A stretch of DNA of 64,000 nucleotides, taken from the NCBI RefSeq assembly GCF_964355755.1, contig NC_092674.1, positions 9,920,001-9,984,000 of the forward strand, read 5' to 3'. The DNA is from Antedon mediterranea (lineage: Eukaryota; Animalia; Echinodermata). The position numbers were made by a program, and so were the translations under genes. Numbering within the stretch: position 1 is the first letter of the stretch; every line of letters begins with the position of its first letter. The notes below the pieces were generated by a model. The model saw nothing but the letters and a program-made list of their open reading frames with translations. It searched no databases and was not told the origin of the DNA. Below are positions 26,215 through 37,772 of this stretch, one piece after another.

Positions 26215-27625
26215 AATGAATTGTTGTACATACAAACATACACTTATTGAGAAATTAGCATAGTATGTACTTATTTATAAAGTTTTAATGAATTGTACAA
26301 ACATAAAGTACATGCACTTATTGAGAAATAAGCATAATATGTGCTTATAAAGTTATAATAAATTGTACAGTACGGTACATACACTTATTGAGAAATAAGT
26401 ATAGTACTGTTTTATAAAGTGAATGAATTGTACAGTACTGTACCTGTACTTATTGAGCAATAAGCATAGAGGGATTAACACTTATTGATAAAGTAAATGA
26501 ATTATACAGTACATACACTTATTGACAAATAAGTATAGTACTGTTTTATAAAGTGAATGAATTGTACAGTACTGTACCTGTACTTATTGAGCAATAAGCA
26601 TAGAGGGATTAACACTTATTGATAAAGTAAATGAATTATACAGTACATACACTTATTGACAAATAAGTATAGTACTGTTTTATAAAGTGAATGAATTGTA
26701 CAGTACTGTACCTGTACTTATTGAGCAATAAGCATAGAGGGATTAACACTTATTGATAAAGTAAATGAATTATACAGTACATACACTTATTGACAAATAA
26801 GTATAGTACTGTTTTATAAAGTGAATGAATTGTACAGTATTGCCTGTACTTATTGAGCAATAAGCATAGAGGGATTAACACTTATTGATAAAGTAAATGA
26901 ATTATACAGTACCTACACTTATTGAGAAATAAGTATAGTACTGTTTTATAAAGTGAATGAATTGTACAGTACTGTACCTGTACTTATTGAGCAATAAGCA
27001 TAGAGGGATTAACACTTATTGATAAAGTAAATGAATTATACAGTACATACACTTATTCAGAAATAAGTATAGTACTGTTTTATAAAGTGAATGAATTGTA
27101 CAGTATTGCCTGTACTTATTGAGCAATAAGCATAGAGGGATTAACACTTATTGATAAAGTAAATGAATTATACAGTACATACACTTATTCAGAAATAAGT
27201 ATAGTACTGTTTTATAAAGTGAATGAATTGTACAGTACTGTACCTGTACTTATTGAGCAATAAGCATAGAGGGATTAACACTTATTGATAAAGTAAATGA
27301 ATTATACAGTACATACACTTATTGACAAATAAGTATAGTACTGTTTTATAAAGTGAATGAATTGTACAGTATTGCCTGTACTTATTGAGCAATAAGCATA
27401 GAGGGATTAACACTTATTGATAAAGTAAATGAATTATACAGTACATACACTTATTCAGAAATAAGTATAGTACTGTTTTATAAAGTGAATGAATTGTACA
27501 GTACTGTACCTGTACTTATTGAGCAATAAGCATAGAGGGATTAACACTTATTGATAAAGTAAATGAATTATACAGTACATACACTTATTCAGAAATAAGT
27601 ATAGTACTGTTTTATAAAGTGAATT
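26215..27625. repeat. Satellite: ~65-bp monomers grading into a ~134-bp dimer x9
   Basis: ACACTTATTGA unit starts at 26381, 26515, 26649 and onward; degenerate monomers at the 5' edge. Confidence 0.97.
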
Positions 27626-29617
27626 AACTCAAAAAGTAAAAACTATTCAAATTAATCATTTGGTTGATGCGCAAAACTCACTACTATATTTGTAATTTAT
27701 TCAGCGATGAAAATGTGAATATGCATGCCAATAAGGTGAGGCTTGTGAATAAATTCATCTATTATAAAACAGGCTTTAAATTTTCCTAAAACAGGTTTTT
27801 ATTCGTTGAAGTAAATCAACCCATTAATGCTAACACCTGTCTTTAGATCTGTCGCTTAAAGTAAAAGGATGTCCCGTCTTTCATCTTGTATTAAAATCGG
27901 CCTCAAAAGGACAACTAGATTTTTTACTTTTTCTTAACTCTTTCGGGGGTAAACGTATAATTTTCTTTCTTAATTATTTCTGTCCTTACTTCCTCTCTAG
28001 ACATCACGCAGACAGGTTGTGCATTAAATAAGTCTATTTGCTAATGACAAAATCCCCACTTTAATTCCCTAACCATAAGTGTAGGGATATATAGCTAGCA
28101 TAGTAATTAATACCACCCAATTATAAAACTGTAATATCTGATGCAAGTATAAATATTGCAAATATGTATTTGATAATCGTTACTTGATTGCTAACCAAAC
28201 TCTACAGCTAATGATTATTCATAAGCAATGCCTCTAGTATCAAGTTATAATCATTCCATAATTTGTTCTTTAAATTGCTTCACACCTATCAAAAGTCGTC
28301 ATATTTATTGGATTGTAATTTCTGAAGTCGCTAATCTAATTCCAAGTACGGTTATTAAAATTAAATAAGTGAAGTTAAATTTCAATAAGACTGCCGTTCT
28401 GATAAAATTTGATTCATAATAATGAATATATATTAATAGATTTTATATTATGATAATTGTATAATATCTATATATTAGGCCTTTAACTCTATGCCTACAG
28501 TATTAAGTTTTTTTTATACAGTAATCATCGATCAAAAATTAAAAATCAAATTTCCACAAAGCAATAGTTGGGAAATGTTTGTATTTTTACATAGTAAACC
28601 AACAATATATCCACTTTGACTGAAAGATACAGTATTATATGGACATTTAAAAAAATCAACTATGTACACTATTCAAAAATGGTATAGTTCTCCATGAGTT
28701 ACGCTCTCATATCCCTAGTTTTACCAAGATACCATGTTTTTTTAGGCCTGGGATAAAAAAAAACTAAATAAAACACTTTTTATACAGCAATCAAGTTAAT
28801 AATTTTATGTTTTTAGATAATAAAAAAAAAAAGTATTTCAATTATATAACAATTACAAACTAATCTAATACAGTATTAAAGATTTTCATTAAATTATTAA
28901 AGTAGTTTTTAGGCCTATTGCTTTATTTCTTGATTTTAGAGAAATGCTGATGAGAAAGATCTAAATGTAGAATTTTATTAGGTTTTTTTATATTGTTATG
29001 CAATTCTCCTTATGACTGCAACCATCTTTATGTTCATAAAATTACATTAAAACTGTGCAAGATCTCAGAAAATAAAATTAGACCGAATAAAAATATCATT
29101 CGTTGTTTTCTGACCTTGAAAACACATTAACTCAAGTATTGATTTTATACTTTAAAAAATATAAAATTTCTTTCTTGTTTTATAAATAAAAAGTTACTTT
29201 AAGCAATAAAAGAAGATTACTAAAAAATTAACATCATAAAATACTATTTTATCACTATTTTGTTGTTTTTATGAGATTGTCAGCACATAAAATGTTATTA
29301 TATTGTAGCAAGTATTGACATATTCTAATCTACTAACATTTGTTTGGCTCCAGTAAAATACAGATCAGTGTACACATTCCAGTACCGTATATGGATTACA
29401 CAAAAAAAAAATATCTTTTTTAAAATAAATTCTAAGCAAAAAGCTTTGTTGCATTGTATGGAATTGAATCAGATTATTATTAAGTATTAAATATTACTTT
29501 GAAATAAAACAGATTCCTCAAAACAAAGATAAAGTATATTGAATATTATTATTAAGTCATAAAGTTGGCAAGTTGTGTGCTTGATAAATGAAGGTTAACA
29601 ATTGTATAATTTTCTAA

Positions 29618-30496
29618 GGCCCCGTTTCTGCTGCCAAAAATATACCGTATATATACGTCGGTATATTTTATATACGGTATATTTTTTGGCAGCAGAAATG
29701 GGTCTCATAAAAAATATACTGTATATATATGCGGTATATATACCGCATAAATATCCCCATCGTTTGTGGATATTATACGGTATATTCCAAAATATACCGT
29801 ATATTTCGTACCCCGTTTCTGCTGCACTCAAAATATACCGTATATGTGACCCGGCCCATGACACGAGGTCAAAAACTAACAGAGCGTGACGCGTTTGTTT
29901 GGTTTTTCTGCTGCATTGACACACACATGTACAATAAGCAAGCAACAGATCAAAATATCACTGTGGACTGAAGAAATAACTATTTTTGCAATTCAATTGT
30001 GGGGAGAAGCGAAGGTTGGGGGGAGACTACATGGCAACAGAAGAGATACCGAGATTTACAATAGTATCTCAAACAAAATAAAAGCAGAATTTGTGGTAGA
30101 CTTAATAACGCCAAAGTTATCGGCAAACGCCGTCGTCTTCTTTGCATAAATGTAGTCAATGCCCATTCTACATTTCTAGATTGTTTGTGCGATGTAAATT
30201 CGGTGCCACTTCTGATCATTAGATTTAAAATAGAAAGCAATGCTAAGACGTTTTGGGAAACCATCATTGTTTTGTTTTTGTCATGTAACCTCACTACACG
30301 AGACTCTAGGTCAATCCATACTTCCGTCTCACAAAATGCATTTTGGGTATATATGAAAGCCAACTTTTTTTACAGCCCACCCACGAAGTATGTGCAGCGG
30401 AAACGGTGCACGAATTTCATATACGGTATATTTATACGGTATATTTATACGGTATATTTATACGGTATATTTGGGATTGGCAGCAGAAACAGGGCC
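29618..30496 (+). mobile_element. Non-autonomous Harbinger (family B), copy 2, inverted relative to 7283-8144
   Basis: Same TIR, TSD TAA, near-identical reverse complement of copy 1. Myb/SANT relic from 29964. Confidence 0.92.
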
Positions 30497-30689
30497 TAAC
30501 ATAAACCAATCTTTTAGTCTTATGGTGATTAACACTATCTATTATTTATTAAAAACCATTGCTTGCAACTTTAGGTTTTTGGCACTTATCCAGCTGTAGT
30601 GCTATTGCAATCAGTTAAATGGTATACCAAAAGTACTAGTACTATAAATTATAGGGTGAGGTTCGAAAAAACGACAACATAATAAAACA

Positions 30690-33015
30690 AACCACTGTCA
30701 AACAAGGACTACCATCCGACCATATGGCTGTCATCAGCTTTGTGGATTTATCACATCCTAAACAACCAACGCGGACAACCTCTTACCGCAAACTTCGTAA
30801 CATTGATCTAAATTGTTTTGTGGAAGATATAATGAATTCCCCGCTCGTCTGCGCACCGGAAGATAATGTCTCCGATCTCGCTGACCAATACAATAATGTA
30901 TTGCAGTACATCCTTGACCAACATGCTCCGTTAACAACTAAACTGGTCACCATTAGACCACGGGCACCATGGTACACGAATGAACTCCGTGAAGCGAAGT
31001 GCGTCAAACGGAGATCAGAACGCAGAATGTTGAAATCTGGTTTGGATATCGACAAACAGAGGTACAAGTTGGAATGCAAAGCATATAAAGATATGCTAGA
31101 TCTAGCAAAATGCAATTATCATCGCAATGAAATCGCTAATGCGGATGACAAGAACCTTTTCCGCATCATAAGTAAACTGTACTCGGTCGATTCTTCTCCT
31201 GTTCTGCCAAAACACACATCTTCAATGGATCTCGCAAACCAGTTTGGCTGTTTCTTTAATGAAAAGATTCTGAAAATTTGCAAGAAACTTAACTCCATAA
31301 ACACTCCACTAATAACTGTCAACGTCGACGAGTCATGTAATAGTAGTTTCGCTGAATTTGAGCAAATATCAGAAGATACGGTACGCAAAGTCATCGCTGA
31401 AAGCGCATCTAAGTCCAGTAGACTTGACCCAATTCCAACACGGTTACTAAAAAACTGCATTGACGCTCTACTACCGCATATCACTAAAATCGTCAACATG
31501 TCGCTGTCATCAGGTACTGTACCATCTGCATTTAAATTGTCCCTCGTTATGCCACTGTTGAAAAAGCAAAATCTCGACTCCAACGTCCTACAAAATTATA
31601 GACCAATAGCAAATCTTCCCTTCCTTTTCAAAGTCTTGGAAAGAATTGCAACTGCTCAGATAAAAGCATATATGGATGAACATTTCCTGTTTTCAAAAGT
31701 CCAATCAGCCTACCGCCGCTTCCACTCAACTGAAACCGCTTTATTACGTGTTACAAACGATCTACTACTTGCTTTAGACAAAGGTAATGAAGCGGTACTT
31801 ATTCTACTCGACTACTCCGCAGCATTTGACACTATCAATCATGATTTATTATTTCAACGTCTTCATAAAAGATACGGCATAAGCGGAACCGCATTGAAAT
31901 GGTTTATTTCATATTTTGAGAATCGTAGACAAGCAATCATTGTGGGTGATTCGATGTCTGATGAGTTCGCTCTACCCTGGGGTGTACCACAGGGATCCGT
32001 AAAAGGTCCACTCGATTTCATCTTATACACTGGACCACTCAGCAACATCATTGATTCCCACCCGGAAGTTCGTCATATGATCTATGCAGATGACACTCAA
32101 CTATATTTAATCATGAAACCTACACATCACTCTGAATCTGTTAACAGCCTTGAATCATGCATTGCAGATGTTCGCTCATGGGCCATTCAAAATAAACTCA
32201 TGCTCAACGACTCCAAGACTGAAATGATCCATTTTCATTCAAAGTTCCGTGAGGCATCATCATTTCCTTTGGTCCATATCGGAGATACTAGTGTCTCTAC
32301 CTCCAGCTCAGCCAGAAATCTAGGCGTCCAACTAGACAACAGCCTCGGTTTAAAAGAACACATTCGTAATGTTTGCCGTGGTGCTTCCTTTGGAATTTAC
32401 CAGATCGGCCAGATTCGTAAGTACCTTGACAAAACATCAACTGAACGTCTTGTTCATGCTTTTGTTTCATCTCGTCTGGACTGTAATAACTCGCTTCTGT
32501 ACGGCCTACCAACTTCTTATCTGTCTCCTCTTCAACTAATCCAAAATTCCGCCGCAAGACTTATCACTGGCACTAAACGACATGAACATATTTCTCCCGT
32601 TTTACGTGACTTACACTGGTTGCCTGTTGATCAGCGCATTCGTTTTAAAATCCTGTTGCTGACATATAAGGCCATCAACGGATGTGCTCCAGCCTACATA
32701 TGTGACATCATTACTCCGTCAACCAACTCTTCGCTTCGTTCATCCAGCAGACTTCTTCTAAAACCTGGACCCCGTTCCAGAACTCGGTTTTACGGTGATC
32801 GTGCTTTCGCTGTCGCAGCCCCAAAACTCTGGAACACTCTACCACTCGAAATACGCTCATCAAAATCTGTTATCACATTTAAAACTAAACTCAAAACTCA
32901 TCTCTTCAGAGAAGCATAATCGCACGCTACTACTTGCACTGATCTTGGAAAACACAGCGCTTTGAAACCTTTGTCTCTTGCGCTTTATAAATGTTATTTA
33001 TTATTATTATTTATT
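30690..33015 (+). mobile_element. 5'-truncated L2-clade LINE
   Basis: Starts at the last endonuclease motif (GLPSDH), has an intact RT, a short 3' UTR with AGCGCTTTGA...TGCGCTTTATAAAT and a (TTA)n tail. 5' border approximate; no clear TSD. Confidence 0.93.
30724..32919 (+). CDS. LINE ORF2 reverse transcriptase (endonuclease missing), 731 aa
   Basis: NYRPIANL, QSAYRRFHSTETAL, LLDYSAAFDTI, GVPQGS, YADD, and the L2-type C-terminus HISPVLRDLHWLPV. No stops. Confidence 0.93.
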   Translation: MAVISFVDLSHPKQPTRTTSYRKLRNIDLNCFVEDIMNSPLVCAPEDNVSDLADQYNNVLQYILDQHAPLTTKLVTIRPRAPWYTNELREAKCVKRRSERRMLKSGLDIDKQRYKLECKAYKDMLDLAKCNYHRNEIANADDKNLFRIISKLYSVDSSPVLPKHTSSMDLANQFGCFFNEKILKICKKLNSINTPLITVNVDESCNSSFAEFEQISEDTVRKVIAESASKSSRLDPIPTRLLKNCIDALLPHITKIVNMSLSSGTVPSAFKLSLVMPLLKKQNLDSNVLQNYRPIANLPFLFKVLERIATAQIKAYMDEHFLFSKVQSAYRRFHSTETALLRVTNDLLLALDKGNEAVLILLDYSAAFDTINHDLLFQRLHKRYGISGTALKWFISYFENRRQAIIVGDSMSDEFALPWGVPQGSVKGPLDFILYTGPLSNIIDSHPEVRHMIYADDTQLYLIMKPTHHSESVNSLESCIADVRSWAIQNKLMLNDSKTEMIHFHSKFREASSFPLVHIGDTSVSTSSSARNLGVQLDNSLGLKEHIRNVCRGASFGIYQIGQIRKYLDKTSTERLVHAFVSSRLDCNNSLLYGLPTSYLSPLQLIQNSAARLITGTKRHEHISPVLRDLHWLPVDQRIRFKILLLTYKAINGCAPAYICDIITPSTNSSLRSSSRLLLKPGPRSRTRFYGDRAFAVAAPKLWNTLPLEIRSSKSVITFKTKLKTHLFREA

Positions 33016-34756
33016 AAAGCATAATTGCTAAATTGCTATTTTTACATTGCTTATTATTTATAGTTATTATTTATTGTGTTTGCACCTATTAATAAATGTA
33101 TAAGTGCATCCAAAATATCATCCATACACCACTCCGAATCCTTAACCGAAATCAGATTATTTCAGCTGCTAGCCTAAATGTGATGTCTTAGGTGGCGTAA
33201 CCTAAGGGGGTTAACCTGCCTCTCATAGGGTACTTCCTGTTCCACACAGAGCTTGCTGTTGATTTATACAGCTGACACAGGCCTATAATTGCTCCATGCT
33301 TTGGTTGTTGCACCTACAGTAGTACTATAATAACTCTGTGTTGATGTGATGCGCATTTGTTAAGTTTTAAATTAATAATTGAACTTGCTTGCTGTTATCA
33401 TCTTCCATTGTGTTAATCAAACCTGACGAAGCAATTAGTGAAACAAGGAACAAAATAAACATAGCCAGATTGAATTTTATATAATGTTGAAAAAATAAAT
33501 TTTAATTTGTGTTACCTTATGTATAGTAGAGAAAAGATCATAATCACGTTTGCACTCCTACTCTTAAGAAAAATCTAATGAGAGCAAAAGATACCGCTCT
33601 TAAATATTGTTTTTAGACATTAGCCAATGTCAAAAAACAGAATGGCATAAAGAAAAATTTTAGTGAATTCAGGTTAGTAAGCCTTGAATGTATTCAGTAG
33701 GCGATGACTTAGGCCATTAGATGTGGGGGTACTCTATTAAAGGCCGCTAAAGATGACTGGATAAAACCCGTTGATACAGTAAATGAAAAGATAACACATT
33801 GCCTGGTTGCTTTTCCAGTTTAAGCCTTGTCATTGGTGCATACATACAAATAGAAAAACATATACATTGATATATATTATTATTTTAAACATAATGCAAT
33901 TCATATTTCCAACATGATATTAGATTTTCTGATGGCCATCTTTCCATTATCAGTGATAAATTACAGTTGATATAATGCATGTTAAAAGCGTCTATTTTTT
34001 ACCCTCTGTTTTAATAGTAATGCATCAGTTGTTTCATATGAGATATTATTAACATCAATGTTGTAAAAAATTTGAAAATACGATACTCAATTTAAATGTT
34101 AAATTACCTTTGATTCTCTTCTATTAGAATTTTCATTTTAAATTCCACGAACGATTCATAATTCATTTTTCTCATCAAAATTTTGAAATAATGCAAGTGT
34201 AATTTTTTTGTAGATAATACTGTATTAGTTTACAGTAAATTGCATTTTTGTTAAAAAAATTGTATAACCCACATTAGTTAAAAAGGAGATTTAAAGTCTG
34301 TTAAATAGTGTTGGGTTTAGAAACGTACCATACCTTAAGTTTTATCAAAATATTTACACAAACTACAATCTTATAATGCAATATACTGTAATACCATTTT
34401 ATCATTATTATACTGAATCTCAATTTTTAATACTGAATGTCAATCATTTTTAGCTATGTAATATAATTTTTTTATCATATTTAGATTTTAATTAACACAA
34501 TATCAAAATATTTTCTATCATCTTTATAACATCAGACTGTGTAATATCACTTAAATATCCATAGATAGATATAACTTTATCATATTGTTTATCTTATGTG
34601 CAATAAAAGTGTGCTGCCCCCACAAAAGAGAAAAAAAGTCAAAGTCAACTGTGTTTAAATTATTAACAATTAAATTTAATATAAAGCATACGAAAGAGAG
34701 AATTGTAAACCATACATTATAACCATACACTAGAACCCTATCAAGGGACACCTTTG

Positions 34757-34871
34757 GGCTAACAAATTGTCCCCTTTAAGGCTAACAAATTGTCCCCTTT
34801 AAGGCTAACAAATTGTCCCCTTTAAGGCTAACAAATTGTCCCCTTTAAGGCTAACAAATTGTCCCCTTTAA
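34757..34871. repeat. 23-bp tandem repeat x5 inside a MITE relic
   Basis: GGCTAACAAATTGTCCCCTTTAA unit, preceded by TAGAACCCTATCAAGGGACAC. Confidence 0.93.
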
Positions 34872-36310
34872 AATCCCAAACTAAGTGTCCAAGTCAACTG
34901 TTGATCCAGTGTTTGGAATGGAGAACCATTGTGTATGGAATTTGACGTCAAAATGTCTACTATAGAATGAGTTTGTACTTGTTAATGTCATACCCTCTAT
35001 TTCTATCCAAAAGCATTTTGAATAATTAAAATGCTTTTATAACATGGTATACTGTATTTAAATTATAAAAGAATGAGAGAACTATTCAATATATTGTAAT
35101 TATATAAACATTTGCATTATTAAAAGCATCAAGAAAATTCTGCTTGATCTAATCGATATTTTTATCTACAGTAAAGTACATTGTACCACATGCAATTGTA
35201 AAACTACTATAAAAACCATTTTATTAGTATATTTTAATATATAGGTCACCATTTAAAAATTACTACACATACAAAATAGGCTGTCTGGCTATATTTAGGT
35301 CAACGCACTTTTAACTTAGAAAAAACAAGGACATGGTTTTTTTTCTAGACATAATCAAACTGTATTGAGTATAGTTAAATTCCGGGATTTTGCAAGAATG
35401 GAAATTAGGATTTCCTAGAAATATTCTCTTGATTTCATTATCAATATCAGGGTTTTATACCAACCATAGTGGCCGAAGGCTCCACTCAATGCTGCTTTGC
35501 AGATCACACATGGCCAGCTAGTCACGACACCAATTGGAGAACGGAAGCATTCAACATATGCAAATGTTACACAGTGACCATGGCTGCAATGGTCTGTGTA
35601 GTTTTGACTCCTATTAAAGGTTCCAGCCTGTACAACATTATTAATATTATTATTTAGATTTTGTATTTCATGTCAATAAATTAAAATTAGACCTATAATG
35701 TATTTCTGAAATATTTTTTAAATTAAATCTTTGCCTTACAAAAGAGACTGTGACTAAATGACCTACAAGTTTGGGACAAGTTAGCAAAAAGACAGACAAA
35801 GGCCAAACTTGACCTAATTTTACTTCAAATCAAATTCTTCTCAATGTTACGATCTGTTTATTGCAATCTATTTATTTTTTTCTTTGTTTATAAACTAAAA
35901 AAGACTGAACTAATTGACAGGAAATTAAAAATGTAATTTATATTCAATAAAAAAGTAATTGTATGGTTTTCAGACTTCAACACAGACAACAATAAAGCCT
36001 TTCTACTTGATAAAGTTCAAAAGTACTTTGACATTGAGGTTTCCAGGAAGTCTTTGACAGTTTGACCAAATCCTTTGCACATGGGTTGTGGTCAGATACT
36101 TCAGCAAGGGAGCCTCAATCTTCTTGCACAATAATTTCCGATGATATGATGGTCATATGCTGATACCAAGCAATATATTGAAAAAGTTTAAAATAAATTA
36201 TTTACAGTATTAAAATATTTTTTGTTTTAAAAAAAATGTGTAACATTTAATACAATAGAACCAACATTATTGTTATTATTCCAACAAAGTGTCCCATTAA
36301 TAAGGATTTT

Positions 36311-37200
36311 CTGTAGTGTTAAAACACTTGTTCATTTCATGAGAAAGAGTCCCCTAAATGTCTCTTGAATAGAAGTTTGCTGTGGTGTTAAAACACTTGT
36401 TCATTTCATGAGAAAGCGTCCCCTAAATGTCTCTTGAATAGAAGTTTGCTGTAGTGTTAAAACACTTGTTCATTTCATGAGAAAGAGTCCCCTAAATGTC
36501 TCTTGAATAGAAGTTTGCTGTAGTGTTAAAACACTTGTTCATTTCATGAGAAAGAGTCCCCTAAATGTCTCTTGAATAGAAGTTTGCTGTAGTGTTAAAA
36601 CACTTGTTCATTTCATGAGAAAGCGTCCCCTAAATGTCTCTTGAATAGAAGTTTGCTGTAGTGTTAAAACACTTGTTCATTTCATGAGAAAGAGTCCCCT
36701 AAATGTCTCTTGAATAGAAGTTTGCTGTAGTGTTAAAACACTTGTTCATTTCATGAGAAAGAGTCCCCTAAATGTCTCTTGAATAGAAGTTTGCTGTAGT
36801 GTTAAAACACTTGTTCATTTCATGAGAAAGAGTCCCCTAAATGTCTCTTGAATAGAAGTTTGCTGTAGTGTTAAAACACTTGTTTATTTCATGAGAAAGA
36901 GTCCCTTAAATGTCTCTTGAATAGAAGTTTGCTGTAGTGTTAAAACACTTGTTCATTTCATGAGAAAGAGTCCCCTAAATATCTCTTGAATAGAAGTTTG
37001 CTGTAGTGTTAAAACACTTGTTCATTTCATGAGAAAGAGTCCCCTAAATGTCTCTTGAATAGAAGTTTGCTGTAGTGTTAAAACACTTGTTCATTTCATG
37101 AGAAAGAGTCCCCTAAATATCTCTTGAATAGAAGTTTGCTGTGGTGTTAAAAATATTTCTCTTTGTTCATTTTATGAGAAAGTGTCCCCTAAATAGGAGT
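36311..37200. repeat. 69-bp tandem repeat x12 plus a partial copy
   Basis: CTGTAGTGTTAAAACACTTG unit from 36311 with period 69; followed by the MITE-like end GAGGGTTCTACT near 37238. Confidence 0.97.
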
Positions 37201-37282
37201 GTCCCTTGAATAGGGTTTTCCCAAAGGAGGGTTCTACTTTATTTGCTTCCAATATAAAATATAATATACTGAATGTATGTTT

Positions 37283-37772
37283 TCTGCCTTTCCTCTACTA
37301 CCTTTCCTCTCCTACCTTTCCTTCTACCTTTCCTCTCCTGCCTTCTACTGCCTTTCTCTCCTGCCTTCTACTACCTTTCCTCTACTACCTTTCCTCTACT
37401 ACCTTTCCTCTCCTACCTTTCCTTCTACCTTTCCTCTCCTGCCTTCTACTGCCTTTCCTCTCCTGCCAGTGTCTTCTATTACCTTTCCTCTACTACCTTT
37501 CCTCTCCTACCTTTCCTCTCCTGCCTTCTACTGCCTTTCCTCTCCTGCCAGTGCCTTCTATTACCTTTCCTCTACTACCTTTCCTCTCCTACCTTTCCTC
37601 TCCTGCCTTCTACTGCCTTTCCTCTCCTGCCAGTGCCTTCTATTACCTTTCCTCTACTATCTTTCCTCTCCTACCTTTCCTCTCCTGCCTTCTACTGCCT
37701 TTCCTCTCCTGCCAGTGCCTTCTATTACCTTTCCTCTACTACCTTTCCTCTCCTACCTTTCCTCTCCTGCCT
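37283..37772. repeat. Polypyrimidine (CT-rich) repeat with an 82-bp higher-order period
   Basis: CCTTTCCTCTCCTA/G subunits; GCCTTCTACTG recurs at 37441, 37523, 37605 and 37687. Confidence 0.93.

Noticed and set aside
30783-32557. Minus-strand ORFs over the LINE
   Set aside because: Antisense shadows of the RT reading frame.
219-37200. Regular arrays that might be read as CRISPR
   Set aside because: All are head-to-tail tandem units without unique spacers; eukaryotic intron context and no cas genes.
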